Below are positions 36,637 through 47,450 of a stretch of DNA of 64,000 bases, in pieces (the stretch's first letter is position 1; each line of letters starts with the position of its first letter). The DNA comes from an uncultured Gemmatimonadota bacterium (GTDB taxonomy: Bacteria; Gemmatimonadota; Gemmatimonadetes; Palauibacterales; Palauibacteraceae). The DNA lies in NCBI GenBank assembly GCA_964627425.1, contig CAZVIY010000001.1:32128-96127 (forward strand). The letters run 5' to 3'. Below the pieces are notes generated by a model. The model was not told the origin of the DNA. It did not search any database and saw nothing but the letters and a program-made list of their open reading frames with translations. The translations under genes were made by a program, and so were the position numbers.

Positions 36637-37640
36637 CGGCGGACGTGAGGGGAGGGCGAACCGACGGGTCTCCGGCGGCCGGAGGCGACGGCCCGGCGGG
36701 GCTGGCCGTCATGGGGCCCACGGCCACGGGGAAGTCGGACCTCGCCGTACGGGTGGCGGAACGGCTGGACGGCGAGGTCGTCTCGGTGGACAGCCGTCAG
36801 GCCTACCGGGGGATGGAGGTGGGTACGGCGGCGCCGCCGGAGGAGCTCCGGGAGCGCGTCCCGCACCACGGCCTGCTCTTCCTGGATCCCGGCGAGCGCT
36901 ACGGGGCCGGACGCTTCGCCGGGCTCGCCCGGGACTGGATCCGGGCCATCCGGAGCCGGGGGCGGGTCCCCGTCCTGGCCGGGGGCACCGGTTTCTTCCT
37001 GTCGGCCCTGGTGGATCCCGTCTTCCGGGAACCGCCCATGGACGAGGGCCGGCGGGAGGCGCTCCGGGAGTGGTTCGGGGGGCGGGAGCCCGAGACCCTC
37101 AGGCGCTGGGCCCGGCGGCTGGATCCGGTCCTCACCGATCGTCAGGGGCCGCTGGACCCCCAGCGCGCGGGTCGGACCCTCGAGCTGGCGCTCCTCTCGG
37201 GGCGACCCCTCTCCTGGTGGCACGACCACGGCGAGCCGGAGGCCCCGCCGGTGCCGATCCTGACGTTCGTGCTCACCCTGGACGCCGACCGTCTCAGGGC
37301 ACGGATCCGACGTCGGGCCGAGGCCATGCTGGAGGGTGGCTGGCTCGAGGAAGTGGAGCGGCTCCGAGAGCAGGGCCACGGCCCCGAGTCGCCGGCCTGG
37401 AACGCCCTCGGTTACCGGACGGTGGCGCGCGCCGCCGACGGCGAGATCTCACGCCAAGAGGCGGCCGATCGGATCGCATCGGCCACCTGGCAGTACGCCC
37501 GCCGGCAGCGGACCTGGTTCCGGCACCAGCCGTCGGAGGACGCCGTCCGGCTGGACGCCGCCCGCCCGACGGGCGAGCTTGCGGGCCGGATCGTCGAGGA
37601 GTGGCGCCGTGCCTGCACCGCGCCCGGCTCCCACCGCTGA
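36633..37640 (+). CDS. miaA: tRNA dimethylallyltransferase
   Basis: TTG 36633 (TTGA overlap with the mutL stop); GTG 36645 is an alternative start. Motifs: VMGPTATGKS (P-loop), VSVDSRQAYRGMEVGTA, LAGGTGFF. Confidence 0.9.
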   Translation: MTADVRGGRTDGSPAAGGDGPAGLAVMGPTATGKSDLAVRVAERLDGEVVSVDSRQAYRGMEVGTAAPPEELRERVPHHGLLFLDPGERYGAGRFAGLARDWIRAIRSRGRVPVLAGGTGFFLSALVDPVFREPPMDEGRREALREWFGGREPETLRRWARRLDPVLTDRQGPLDPQRAGRTLELALLSGRPLSWWHDHGEPEAPPVPILTFVLTLDADRLRARIRRRAEAMLEGGWLEEVERLREQGHGPESPAWNALGYRTVARAADGEISRQEAADRIASATWQYARRQRTWFRHQPSEDAVRLDAARPTGELAGRIVEEWRRACTAPGSHR

Positions 37641-37661
37641 AGCTCGGGAGGACGCGAGGAC

Positions 37662-38843
37662 ATGCGGATCGGTATCACCTGCTATCCCACCTACGGAGGT
37701 TCCGGGGCGGTGGCCACGGAGCTGGGCCTGGCCCTGGCCGAACGGGGCCACGAGGTGCACTTCATCTCCTACGCCCAGCCCTTCCGACTCACCCGGTTCC
37801 GGGAGGGGATCTACTTCCACGAGGTGGAGGTCAACCAGTACCCCCTCTTCGAATATCCTCCCTATTCGCTGGCGCTGGCCGTCACCATGCACCAGGTGGC
37901 CACGGAGCGCGAGCTGGACCTGCTCCACGTCCACTACGCCGTGCCCCACGCCACCTGCGCCTGGATCGCCCGGGAGATGCTCCAGGCCGAAGGACGGGAC
38001 GTGCGGATCGTGACCACGCTCCACGGGACGGACATCACCCTGGTGGGCCAGGACCCGAGCTTCTGGTCCATCACGAAGTTCTCGGTGGAGCGGTCCCACG
38101 GGCTCACCGCCGTGTCCGAGTATCTCAGGGAGGAGACCGAGGAGGCGTTCTGTCCCGAGACGTGCGGGATCCGCGTCATCCCGAACTTCATCGATCCGGA
38201 GACCTACCGGCCGGACCGGGAGGGCTGCCACCGCTCCAGCCTGGCGGGGGAGGGGGAGAAGATCCTCATGCACATCTCCAACTTCCGCCCGGTGAAGCGG
38301 GTTCGGGACGTCGTGCGGATCTTCGCCGGAGTGCGTGAGCGGATCCCCGCGCGGCTGGTCATGATCGGCGACGGCCCTGATCGGGAGGACGCGAGGCGGG
38401 CGGCCCGCGAGCTCGGCGTCTCCGCACACGTGGAATTCCTCGGGAAGCTGGAGAGCGTGGCCGAGCTCCTGGCGTGCGCGGACCTCTTCCTCCTCCCCAG
38501 CGAGGAGGAGTCGTTCGGGCTGGTGGCCCTGGAGGCCCACGCCTGCGGCGTGCCGGTGGTGGGCACCGCAGGGAGCGGGCTGGCCGAGGTGGTGGAGGAC
38601 GGCGAGACCGGCCGGCTGCATCCGGTGGGAGACGTGGAGGCCATGACCGAGAGCGCCGCCCGTCTCCTGGGGGAACCCGACCTGTGGGACGCCTACGCTC
38701 GACGGGCGCGGGAGCGGGCGATGGAGCGGTTCTCCGCCGAGCGCGTCGTGCCCATGTACGAGGAGTACTACCGTGAGGTCCTGACGGGGGACGGGTCCCG
38801 GACCGGGGGACTGAAAGCCGACCTGGCGGCCCCGGGCTCGTGA
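37662..38843 (+). CDS. bshA: N-acetyl-alpha-D-glucosaminyl L-malate synthase (bacillithiol biosynthesis glycosyltransferase)
   Basis: MRIGITCYPTYGGSGAVATELG, HVHYAVPHA, TLHGTDITLVG and EESFGLVALEA match my memory of BshA rather than a generic GT4. Confidence 0.87.
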   Translation: MRIGITCYPTYGGSGAVATELGLALAERGHEVHFISYAQPFRLTRFREGIYFHEVEVNQYPLFEYPPYSLALAVTMHQVATERELDLLHVHYAVPHATCAWIAREMLQAEGRDVRIVTTLHGTDITLVGQDPSFWSITKFSVERSHGLTAVSEYLREETEEAFCPETCGIRVIPNFIDPETYRPDREGCHRSSLAGEGEKILMHISNFRPVKRVRDVVRIFAGVRERIPARLVMIGDGPDREDARRAARELGVSAHVEFLGKLESVAELLACADLFLLPSEEESFGLVALEAHACGVPVVGTAGSGLAEVVEDGETGRLHPVGDVEAMTESAARLLGEPDLWDAYARRARERAMERFSAERVVPMYEEYYREVLTGDGSRTGGLKADLAAPGS

Positions 38844-39640
38844 GCTGGTGGGAAGGGGCGCTCCTGGGCCTGGTCCAGGGGCTCACCGAGTTCCTCCCGG
38901 TCTCGAGCAGCGGTCACCTGGTGCTGGGTGACGCCCTCCTGGGCCTCCAGCTCCCGGGCGTCCTCTTCGAGGCGGCGGTCCACCTGGCGACCCTCTTCGC
39001 CGTCTTCTGGGTCTACCGGGAGCGGATCGCCGAGCTCGTCTCCGGCGCGTTCCGCGGCGAGGCCGCCACCTGGCGGTACATCGGCCTCCTGGCCGTCGCC
39101 TCCGTCCCCACGGCGGTGATGGGGCTGGCCGGAGAGTCGTACCTGGCCGCCACCTACGAGGAGCCCCTGGTGGCGGCCTCGCTCCTGCTGGTCACGGGCG
39201 GGCTGGTGCTGAGCCTGCGGTGGACGGGTCGGACCGACGGGCGTCCGGAGCCGAGCCCCGCCGCCGCGCTCCTCGTCGGCCTGGCCCAGGGAGTGGCGAT
39301 CCTCCCCGGCATCTCCCGCTCGGGCTCGACGGTGGCCATGGGCGCCTGGCGAGGGGTGGAGGTGACGCGGATGGCCGAATTCTCCTTCCTCCTCTCGGTG
39401 CCGGCCATCGGGGGTGCCGCGCTCCTGCAGGTGGACGAGGTCGCCGCGGGGATCGAGCCCGCGCTGGCTCCGGGGCTCGTAGCCGGGGTCGTCGCGGCGG
39501 CCGCGAGCGGCGTGGTGGCCATCCGTCTCTTCGTGGGACTCCTGCAGCGCGGCCGGTTCCACCTGTTCGCGTACTACTGCTGGGCCGTGGGCCTCCTCTA
39601 CCTGGGAGCCGCCTGGGCCTGGCCCGGTCTCCGTGGCTGA
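38840..39640 (+). CDS. uppP: Undecaprenyl-diphosphate phosphatase
   Basis: GTG 38840 (GTGA overlap with the bshA stop). Motifs: QGLTEFLPVSSSGHL, PGISRSGST. Confidence 0.92.
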   Translation: MSWWEGALLGLVQGLTEFLPVSSSGHLVLGDALLGLQLPGVLFEAAVHLATLFAVFWVYRERIAELVSGAFRGEAATWRYIGLLAVASVPTAVMGLAGESYLAATYEEPLVAASLLLVTGGLVLSLRWTGRTDGRPEPSPAAALLVGLAQGVAILPGISRSGSTVAMGAWRGVEVTRMAEFSFLLSVPAIGGAALLQVDEVAAGIEPALAPGLVAGVVAAAASGVVAIRLFVGLLQRGRFHLFAYYCWAVGLLYLGAAWAWPGLRG

Positions 39641-40514
39641 CGGCAGCGGGACGCCGGCCGCCCCCGCGGTCCGGGACCTGGTCCGGATCGCGCTGGAGGA
39701 GGACGTCGGGACCGGCGATCTCACCACCCGCTGGACGGTGCCCGCCTCCACGCGGGCCGTGGCCCGGATCCGAACCCGCGAGCACGGCGTCGTCGCCGGG
39801 ATGGAACCCGCCGGGGAGGTCTTCCGTCTGGCCGAGCCGGAGCTGGAGGTGGAGGCGAGGGTCGACGACGGCAGGGCGGTGGAGGAGGGGGACGTCCTCC
39901 TGGAGCTCCGGGGCCCCCTGCGTGGCATCCTCACCGCCGAGCGGACCGCCCTGAATTTCCTGGGGCGCCTGTCGGGGATCGCCACCCTGACCCGCCGCTT
40001 CGTCCGGGAGCTGGCGGGCACGGACGCCCGGGTCACCGACACCCGGAAGACCACGCCGGGATGGCGGCGGCTCGAGAAGGCGGCGACCCGGGCGGGCGGC
40101 GCCGTGAACCACCGGCTGGGCCTCCACGACATGGTGCTCATCAAGGAGAACCACCTCCGGGCCGCCGGGGGCGTGGCGGAGGCGCTGGCCCGGGCCGTGC
40201 CCCGGGCGCGGGAGCAGGGCGTACCGGTGGCGGTGGAGGTGGCCGACCTGGACCAGCTCGAGGACGCCCTCCGGGGAGACCCGGACCGGATCCTGCTGGA
40301 CAACATGTCACCGGAGGTGCTGGAGCGGGCCGTGGAGCGCGTCCGCCGGCGGGGAGAGGACCGACCGGCGCTGGAGGCTTCGGGCGGCATCACCCTGGAG
40401 GACGTGCGCCGGATCGCCGAGACGGGCGTGGACCTGATCTCGGTGGGGGCGCTCACGCACTCGGCGCCCGCCCTCGATCTGACCCTTCTCGTGGACCGGA
40501 CGGGAGAGAGATGA
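39633..40514 (+). CDS. nadC: Nicotinate-nucleotide diphosphorylase (carboxylating)
   Basis: GTG 39633. Motifs: ERTALNFL, DTRKTTPG, IKENH, LDNM, ASGGI. Confidence 0.92.
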   Translation: MADGSGTPAAPAVRDLVRIALEEDVGTGDLTTRWTVPASTRAVARIRTREHGVVAGMEPAGEVFRLAEPELEVEARVDDGRAVEEGDVLLELRGPLRGILTAERTALNFLGRLSGIATLTRRFVRELAGTDARVTDTRKTTPGWRRLEKAATRAGGAVNHRLGLHDMVLIKENHLRAAGGVAEALARAVPRAREQGVPVAVEVADLDQLEDALRGDPDRILLDNMSPEVLERAVERVRRRGEDRPALEASGGITLEDVRRIAETGVDLISVGALTHSAPALDLTLLVDRTGER

Positions 40515-41323
40515 GTCGAACGGAGCTGGAAGAGTGGGCCGGAGCGGACCGTCGGGACCTGGCCGACCGCTGGGATCGGGATCCGGACACGGTGCGCATC
40601 TTCGACCGCGTGGAATCCACCAGCGACACGGCCGAGGAGCTGGCGGAGGAGGGCGCGCCGGAGGGGACCGTGGTGCTGGCCCGGGAGCAGACGTCGGGAC
40701 GTGGGCGCCAGGGCCGGACCTGGTACTCGCCCCGCGACCGGGGCCTCTACCTGAGCCTGGTGCTCCGTCCCGACCGGGTGGAGAACGCGAGCCTGCTGCC
40801 GATCCTGGCCGGCCTGGGCATCGTCCGGCGACTGGACGGGGTCCTGGAGTCCCTGGAGCCCGCCGTCAAGTGGCCCAACGACCTCATGGCGGGCGACGCG
40901 AAGTTCGGCGGAGTCCTGAGCGAGGCCTCGTGGGAGGGCGAGCGGGTCCGTCATCTGGTGGTGGGGGCGGGACTCAACGTCCGGCCCCTGGGAGACGACG
41001 CGCCGGCGGACGTGCGATCGGGAGGGACCTCCCTGGACGAGGCCACGGGAGAGGAGACGTCCTTCCTGACCGTGGCGGACGCCGTGGTGGAGGGGCTCGA
41101 GGAACGGGTGTCCCGCCCCCCCGGTGCGCTGGATCCCGCCACCCTCGACGCCCTGGACCGCTACGACTGGCTCCAGGATCGCCGCGTCGAGATCACGACG
41201 CCCTCGGACGAGGAATGGGTGATCGGCAACTGCGTGGGGATCGCCCCGGACGGGGCCCTCCTGTTCCGTCCCGACCGGGGCGCCCTGCGACGGCTCCGAA
41301 GCGTGGAGATCCGCCTCCCGTGA
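40511..41323 (+). CDS. birA: Biotin--[acetyl-CoA-carboxylase] ligase (no N-terminal HTH)
   Basis: ATG 40511 (ATGA overlap with the nadC stop) inside ORF 40061..41323. Motifs: QTSGRGRQGRTWYSP, KWPNDL, GVL.E. Confidence 0.88.
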   Translation: MSRTELEEWAGADRRDLADRWDRDPDTVRIFDRVESTSDTAEELAEEGAPEGTVVLAREQTSGRGRQGRTWYSPRDRGLYLSLVLRPDRVENASLLPILAGLGIVRRLDGVLESLEPAVKWPNDLMAGDAKFGGVLSEASWEGERVRHLVVGAGLNVRPLGDDAPADVRSGGTSLDEATGEETSFLTVADAVVEGLEERVSRPPGALDPATLDALDRYDWLQDRRVEITTPSDEEWVIGNCVGIAPDGALLFRPDRGALRRLRSVEIRLP

Positions 41324-42087
41324 TCCTGGCCGTCGACGTCGGGAACACGGAAACCGTCCTGGGGGTCTTCCGGGACCTGGACGCTCGCTCGGTGTGGAGG
41401 ATCCGAACCGATCGGCGGCGTACCCCCGACGAGCACCTCCTCCTGGTCCGGGGCCTGATGGCCGAGCTCCCGTCCCGGGTGACGTCGGCGGTGGATCGGA
41501 TGACGGTGGCCTCGGTGGTCCCGGCCATGGACCGGATCTGGAAGGAGGTGGCAGGATCCCTGGGCTGGGCCCATGCAGCCGTGGACGCCGCCTCTCCGCT
41601 CCCCGTGACCCTCGACGTGGACGAGCCCGCCAGCGTGGGGCCGGACCGGATCGTGAACACGCTGGCGGCACACGTCCTCTACGGCAGGGACACGATCGTG
41701 GTGGACCTGGGGACGGCCACCACCTTCGACTGCATCAGCTCCGAGGGGGTGTTTCGCGGTGGCGTCATCGCCCCGGGCCCCAGGGCGGGAATGGAGCGGC
41801 TCGGACAGACGGCCTCGCGCCTCCCTCAGGCGGAGATCAGCGTCCCGGACCGTGTGGTGGGAACGAACACGAGGGACTGTCTCACCTCGGGGATCTTCTA
41901 TTCCATCGTGGATTCCATCGACGGTGCAGTGGAGAGGATCCTGGCGGAGTGGGATCCCACGGATCCGGTGGTGGTCGCCACCGGAGGGCTCGCCGCGCGG
42001 CTCGTGCCCCACTGCCGGAGGGTGGAGGTCACCGAGCCGCACCTCACCCTCATCGGCCTGGCAGCGGCGGATCCGCACCTCCGCTGA
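41320..42087 (+). CDS. coaX: Type III pantothenate kinase
   Basis: GTG 41320 (GTGA overlap with the birA stop) inside ORF 40534..42087. Motifs: ILAVDVGNT, VGPDRIVN, VVDLGTATTFD, TGG. Confidence 0.9.
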   Translation: MILAVDVGNTETVLGVFRDLDARSVWRIRTDRRRTPDEHLLLVRGLMAELPSRVTSAVDRMTVASVVPAMDRIWKEVAGSLGWAHAAVDAASPLPVTLDVDEPASVGPDRIVNTLAAHVLYGRDTIVVDLGTATTFDCISSEGVFRGGVIAPGPRAGMERLGQTASRLPQAEISVPDRVVGTNTRDCLTSGIFYSIVDSIDGAVERILAEWDPTDPVVVATGGLAARLVPHCRRVEVTEPHLTLIGLAAADPHLR

Positions 42088-42114
42088 CCCGTCACCTCCT
42101 GCATCGGAGCGGGC

Positions 42115-42176
42115 TTGTCAGCCTGACAGCTCCCGGTCACGGCCGTTCTGACAGGTCCGTGTCGGGGTGACAGGTC
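42115..42176 (+). repeat. TGACAG repeat cluster: palindrome TGTCAG-C-CTGACA plus two TGACAGGTC copies
   Basis: TGTCAGCCTGACA at 42116..42128. TGACAGGTC at 42149..42157 and 42168..42176. The cluster lies 70-130 bp upstream of the -24/-12-like element, which is the geometry expected for enhancer-binding-protein sites. Confidence 0.4.
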
Positions 42177-42245
42177 GGGGGCGGGAGGAGTGTCCGGGCA
42201 GGGAGGGATCGGGCCCGAAAGCCGGGGATCACCGGCAGCTTCGGG

Positions 42246-42261
42246 TGGCACACCTCCTGCA
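42246..42261 (+). promoter_or_regulatory. Candidate sigma-54 (-24/-12) promoter upstream of groES
   Basis: TGGCACACCTCCTGCA versus consensus TGGCACG-N4-TTGCA. GG and GC are separated by exactly 10 nt. It lies 177 nt upstream of the groES ATG. I found no CIRCE or sigma-32-like element in the 350-bp gap. Confidence 0.35.
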
Positions 42262-42437
42262 CTCGTCCTTGGGTAGCTCGTGGCACGGGAACGTCACTTC
42301 GTTTCCCCGCCGGGCGTTCCGAGCCCGGCCCAGCCGACGACAGAGAGCGACGACGGCGTACGACGCCCCCGGCTCGGCGATCCCTTCTCGGGACGGAGCC
42401 GGGGACGCACTGACAACCTGCAGAAGGAGGAGAACCG

Positions 42438-42749
42438 ATGGCCACAGCATCCAAGACGCAGCTCGAGGTGAAGCCGCTCGCCGACCGGGTCGTGGTGGAG
42501 CCCATCGAGGAGACCGAGGAGATGCGCGGCGGGCTCTACATCCCCGACACCGCCCAGGAGAAGCCCCAGCAGGGCAAGGTCGTCGCGGTCGGCCCCGGTC
42601 GGCGTGCCGAGGACGGCTCCCGCATGGAGATGGAAGTCTCCGAGGGTGACCGGGTCCTGTACGGCAAGTACGCCGGCACCGAGGTCACCGTGGACGGCCA
42701 GGAGCTCCTGATCGTGAAGGAGAGCGACGTCCTGGCGATCCTCGGCTGA
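42438..42749 (+). CDS. groES: Co-chaperonin GroES
   Basis: GGAGGAG SD. Motifs: [35 protein letters not shown]. Confidence 0.97.
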   Translation: MATASKTQLEVKPLADRVVVEPIEETEEMRGGLYIPDTAQEKPQQGKVVAVGPGRRAEDGSRMEMEVSEGDRVLYGKYAGTEVTVDGQELLIVKESDVLAILG

Positions 42750-42811
42750 CCCCATCGACCACGGGTCGGACCCGTGGCCACCTGAACGACAACCCGAACG
42801 AACACAACTGA

Positions 42812-44482
<1,671 letters not shown>

Positions 44483-44538
44483 GGTCGTCCGACCTCCGGC
44501 TGCTCCGGGTCGGACGGTCCTGCCGCCGACCCGAGGAG

Positions 44539-44569
44539 AGAGCCCGGCTCCGTGCCGGGCTCTTTCTTT
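44539..44569 (+). terminator. Rho-independent terminator of groESL
   Basis: AGAGCCCGGC-tccgt-GCCGGGCTCT (10-bp stem) followed by TTCTTTG. An additional GTCCGACC/GGTCGGAC hairpin precedes it just after the stop. Confidence 0.8.
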
Positions 44570-44650
44570 GTATGTACGGGTACGGCGTAGGGCGCCGGGG
44601 GAGGAGTCCCGGAGCCGACCGTAGGGAGGAGACACGAACTCGCCACCCGC

Positions 44651-47437
44651 ATGACCCGGACGACGATGCCCAGGGACGCTCGAGGCGCCGGTCGCGGCGC
44701 CACACGCCTCGTGACGATGGCCCTCCTGGCCGCCGCCGGCCTCTGGGGGTGCGGCGACGGCGGCGGCGAGCGCCCGGCGGCCCTCGAGCTCGTCTCGCCG
44801 GAGCGGGACACGGTGGAGGCCGGCGCGGCCCTGGAGCCGCCCCTCCAGGTGAGGGTCACCGACGGACGGGGGAGTCCCGTGGCCGGCGTGGACGTCCGGT
44901 TCGCCGTCACCGTCGGCCCGGGGGAGATCTCCGATCCACGGGTGGAGACCGGGACCGACGGACGGGCGAGCACCGTCTACCGGAACGCCGAACGGGTCGG
45001 CATCGCCCGGGTGGAAGCCGACCTTCCCGGGGCTCCCGACGTCGGCAAGGTCGCCGTCAGCATCCGGGTCCTCCCCCCCACCAGGACAGAGATCCGGTCC
45101 ATCGGAGGCGATGGCCAGGAGGCCGAGACGGGGAGCCAGCTCCCCCGACGGCTCGAGGTCGAGGTCCTGTCACCCTCCGGGACCCCGGTGGGCGGGACCC
45201 CGGTGGCCTGGCGGGTCGTCGGGAGCCCGTCGGCCGGCGGAGGGTCCGGAGGGCTCGTGGTGGACACCACCTACAGCGACGGAGACGGTCGGGCCTGGAA
45301 CCTCCTGACGCTGGGAGAGGCCACCGGCGAATACCGTGTGAGCGCCCTCTCGGAAGGCGCCGAGGAGCCGGCGATCTTCACGGCGACGGCGGTGGAGTCC
45401 CTGCCGGGCGACGTGGTCCTGGATTCCGTCGCCCCCCGTCCCCTGCGGGCCGGCGAGGAAGCCATCGCCTACGGCTCGGGGCTCCCGACGTCCGCCGCGG
45501 ACGCCGGGGTCCGGGTCGAGGGCGTCGGGGCGGAGGTGCTCTCGGCGTCGTCCGGGAGCCTCCGGTTCAGGGTGCCGGAGTTCGCCGATCGCTGCCTGCC
45601 GGCCCGGCCGGTGGGGGTGAGGGTGGAGTCGGACGACCTGCTGAGCGAGGGGCTCCTGGTGGAGCTCCGCCCGGCGGGCGAGATCCTGTCCCTGGAGGTG
45701 GGGGAGAGCGTCACCACCTCGCCCCCCACCGATCCCGGTTGCATCCAGCTGGACTCCGCCGCTGCCGGCCGTACCTACAGGGTGGTGGCCCAGAGCGCGA
45801 GCATGGTCTCGGGGGCCACCACCCCCATGCGCCTGGTGGTCCGGAGCGGGGCGGACGTGGGCGCCTCGGCCGCGGATCCGGCGGCCACGCCGGTGGCCCC
45901 CCGGCAGGTACCGTACTGGAGGGTGGGGCCCGAAGATCGGGGCCTCCACCTCCGGACCCGGCTCGAGCAGGCGGCCCGTGAGGAGCTCCTCGGACGGCCG
46001 GGAGGGAAGGGGGGAGAGCGTCCTCCTCCGTCGGCCCGGAGGCCCCCGTCGGCGGCCGCCACCGTCCCGGCGACGGGAGACACCCTCGAGTTCGTGGTCC
46101 CCGTCGGACCGAATCTCACGGTGAGCTGCACGGATACCAGCACGGTGGTGTCGGCCGTGGTGCGGGAGGTGGGAGAGCGAGTCGCGCTGGTGGAGGACAC
46201 CCTCTCCCCCGCGGACGGCTTCACCGACGGGGACTGGGAGGAGCTGGCCCGGGAGATGGACGAAGTGATCTTTCCCACCGACACGGCCTACTTCGGACCG
46301 CCGGCCGACATCAACGGGGACGGTCGGGTCCTCGTCCTCTTCACGCCCGAGGTGAACCGCCTCACGCCCGCCGGATCGGAGGCGTTCGTCGGGGGCTTCT
46401 TCCTCTCCACCGATCTGGTGGATTCCGGCGACGAGGAAGGAGGGGGCGTTCGGGGGCCGGAGGGCGAGATCTGCCCGGCCAGCAACGAATCCGAGCTCGT
46501 CTACCTGGCGGTCGCCGATCCCCGGGGGAACTTCGGGATCGAGGTGAGCCGCGACCGGGCGATACGGAACGCCCGGAGCGTCAGCGCCCACGAGATCGAG
46601 CACCTCCTGAGCGCCCAGCAGCGGATGATCCACCGGGACGGATGGGTCGACGACCTTGAGTCGGCCTGGCTCGGCGAGGCGCTGGCGCACGTGGCCGAGG
46701 AGGCGGCCGGACTGGCGGTCCGGGATCTGGCGACCCGGGAGAATCTGGACCACGCACGCGTCACGGCCGACGAGGAGGCGTACGAGGCGTTCTTCCTCAA
46801 CAACCTGGCCCGGGGGGCCTTCTTCCTCCAGGAACCGGGGAACACCCTCACCATCGTCTCCCGGGATCCCGGGGGCGTGGAATCGCTGAAGATGCGCGGG
46901 TTCGGCTGGCTCCTGGCCCGGTGGCTGGGCGATCACTTCGGTCCCGACGGCTCCGGCGGGCCGGTGGAGGGCAGCCGGGAGGAGGCGCTGTTCCGGGAGC
47001 TCTCCTCCGGGGGACCGGACGCCGCCCGGGGCATCGACAACGTCCTCCGGGCCCTGGCGGCGGTCGACGGCTCCGTCCCGTCCTGGGCCGGGCTCCTGAC
47101 CGACTTCGGGACCACCCTCGCCGTGGACGACGACGCCGACGGGCTCCGGGACCGCCTGACGCTCCCCACCTGGGACCTCCGTGACGTCTACCGGGGCATC
47201 CACGAGGGTCCTCGCGGGGGGAGCGAGCCGTTCACCGAGGCATATCCCCTGCAGAACGTCACGTCGGGCGCCTCCACGGCCGCCTTCGTCTTCGACGTGA
47301 ACGCCTCGGGAGGCGTATACTTCGAGATCGGGGAGGGGTCGTCCACGCCGGCGCTCTCGCTGGCGCTTCGTTCCCAGGGCGGCGACGAGGTCCCCCCCGG
47401 CGCCGGCGCCCGCTTCACCGTGATCCGAGTCCGATGA
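44651..47437 (+). CDS. Lipoprotein with N-terminal Ig-like (Big/IPT-type) repeats and a C-terminal HExxH gluzincin-like domain
   Basis: Lipobox LAAAGLWGC. Two repeats of the type LQVRVTDGRGSPVAGVDVRF...TDGRAS (invasin/Big-like). HEIEH is followed 25 residues after its second His by the E of WLGEALAH, resembling the third-ligand Glu helix of MA-clan peptidases. Confidence 0.72.
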   Translation: MTRTTMPRDARGAGRGATRLVTMALLAAAGLWGCGDGGGERPAALELVSPERDTVEAGAALEPPLQVRVTDGRGSPVAGVDVRFAVTVGPGEISDPRVETGTDGRASTVYRNAERVGIARVEADLPGAPDVGKVAVSIRVLPPTRTEIRSIGGDGQEAETGSQLPRRLEVEVLSPSGTPVGGTPVAWRVVGSPSAGGGSGGLVVDTTYSDGDGRAWNLLTLGEATGEYRVSALSEGAEEPAIFTATAVESLPGDVVLDSVAPRPLRAGEEAIAYGSGLPTSAADAGVRVEGVGAEVLSASSGSLRFRVPEFADRCLPARPVGVRVESDDLLSEGLLVELRPAGEILSLEVGESVTTSPPTDPGCIQLDSAAAGRTYRVVAQSASMVSGATTPMRLVVRSGADVGASAADPAATPVAPRQVPYWRVGPEDRGLHLRTRLEQAAREELLGRPGGKGGERPPPSARRPPSAAATVPATGDTLEFVVPVGPNLTVSCTDTSTVVSAVVREVGERVALVEDTLSPADGFTDGDWEELAREMDEVIFPTDTAYFGPPADINGDGRVLVLFTPEVNRLTPAGSEAFVGGFFLSTDLVDSGDEEGGGVRGPEGEICPASNESELVYLAVADPRGNFGIEVSRDRAIRNARSVSAHEIEHLLSAQQRMIHRDGWVDDLESAWLGEALAHVAEEAAGLAVRDLATRENLDHARVTADEEAYEAFFLNNLARGAFFLQEPGNTLTIVSRDPGGVESLKMRGFGWLLARWLGDHFGPDGSGGPVEGSREEALFRELSSGGPDAARGIDNVLRALAAVDGSVPSWAGLLTDFGTTLAVDDDADGLRDRLTLPTWDLRDVYRGIHEGPRGGSEPFTEAYPLQNVTSGASTAAFVFDVNASGGVYFEIGEGSSTPALSLALRSQGGDEVPPGAGARFTVIRVR

Positions 47438-47450
47438 CAGGGAGAGACCC

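Noticed and set aside
42281-42296. Second TGGCACG motif, 35 bp downstream of the sigma-54-like element
   Set aside because: TGGCACGGGAACGTCA has no GC at the -12 position, so it is unlikely to be a functional -24/-12 promoter.
42088-42437. Looked for a CIRCE (HrcA) operator and a sigma-32 promoter upstream of groES
   Set aside because: The best candidate, GCACTC-gtccttggg-tagctcgtgg, lacks the second half-site GAGTGCTAA. No CTTGAA...CCCCAT pair occurs at the proper spacing. I report this as an absence, not a feature.
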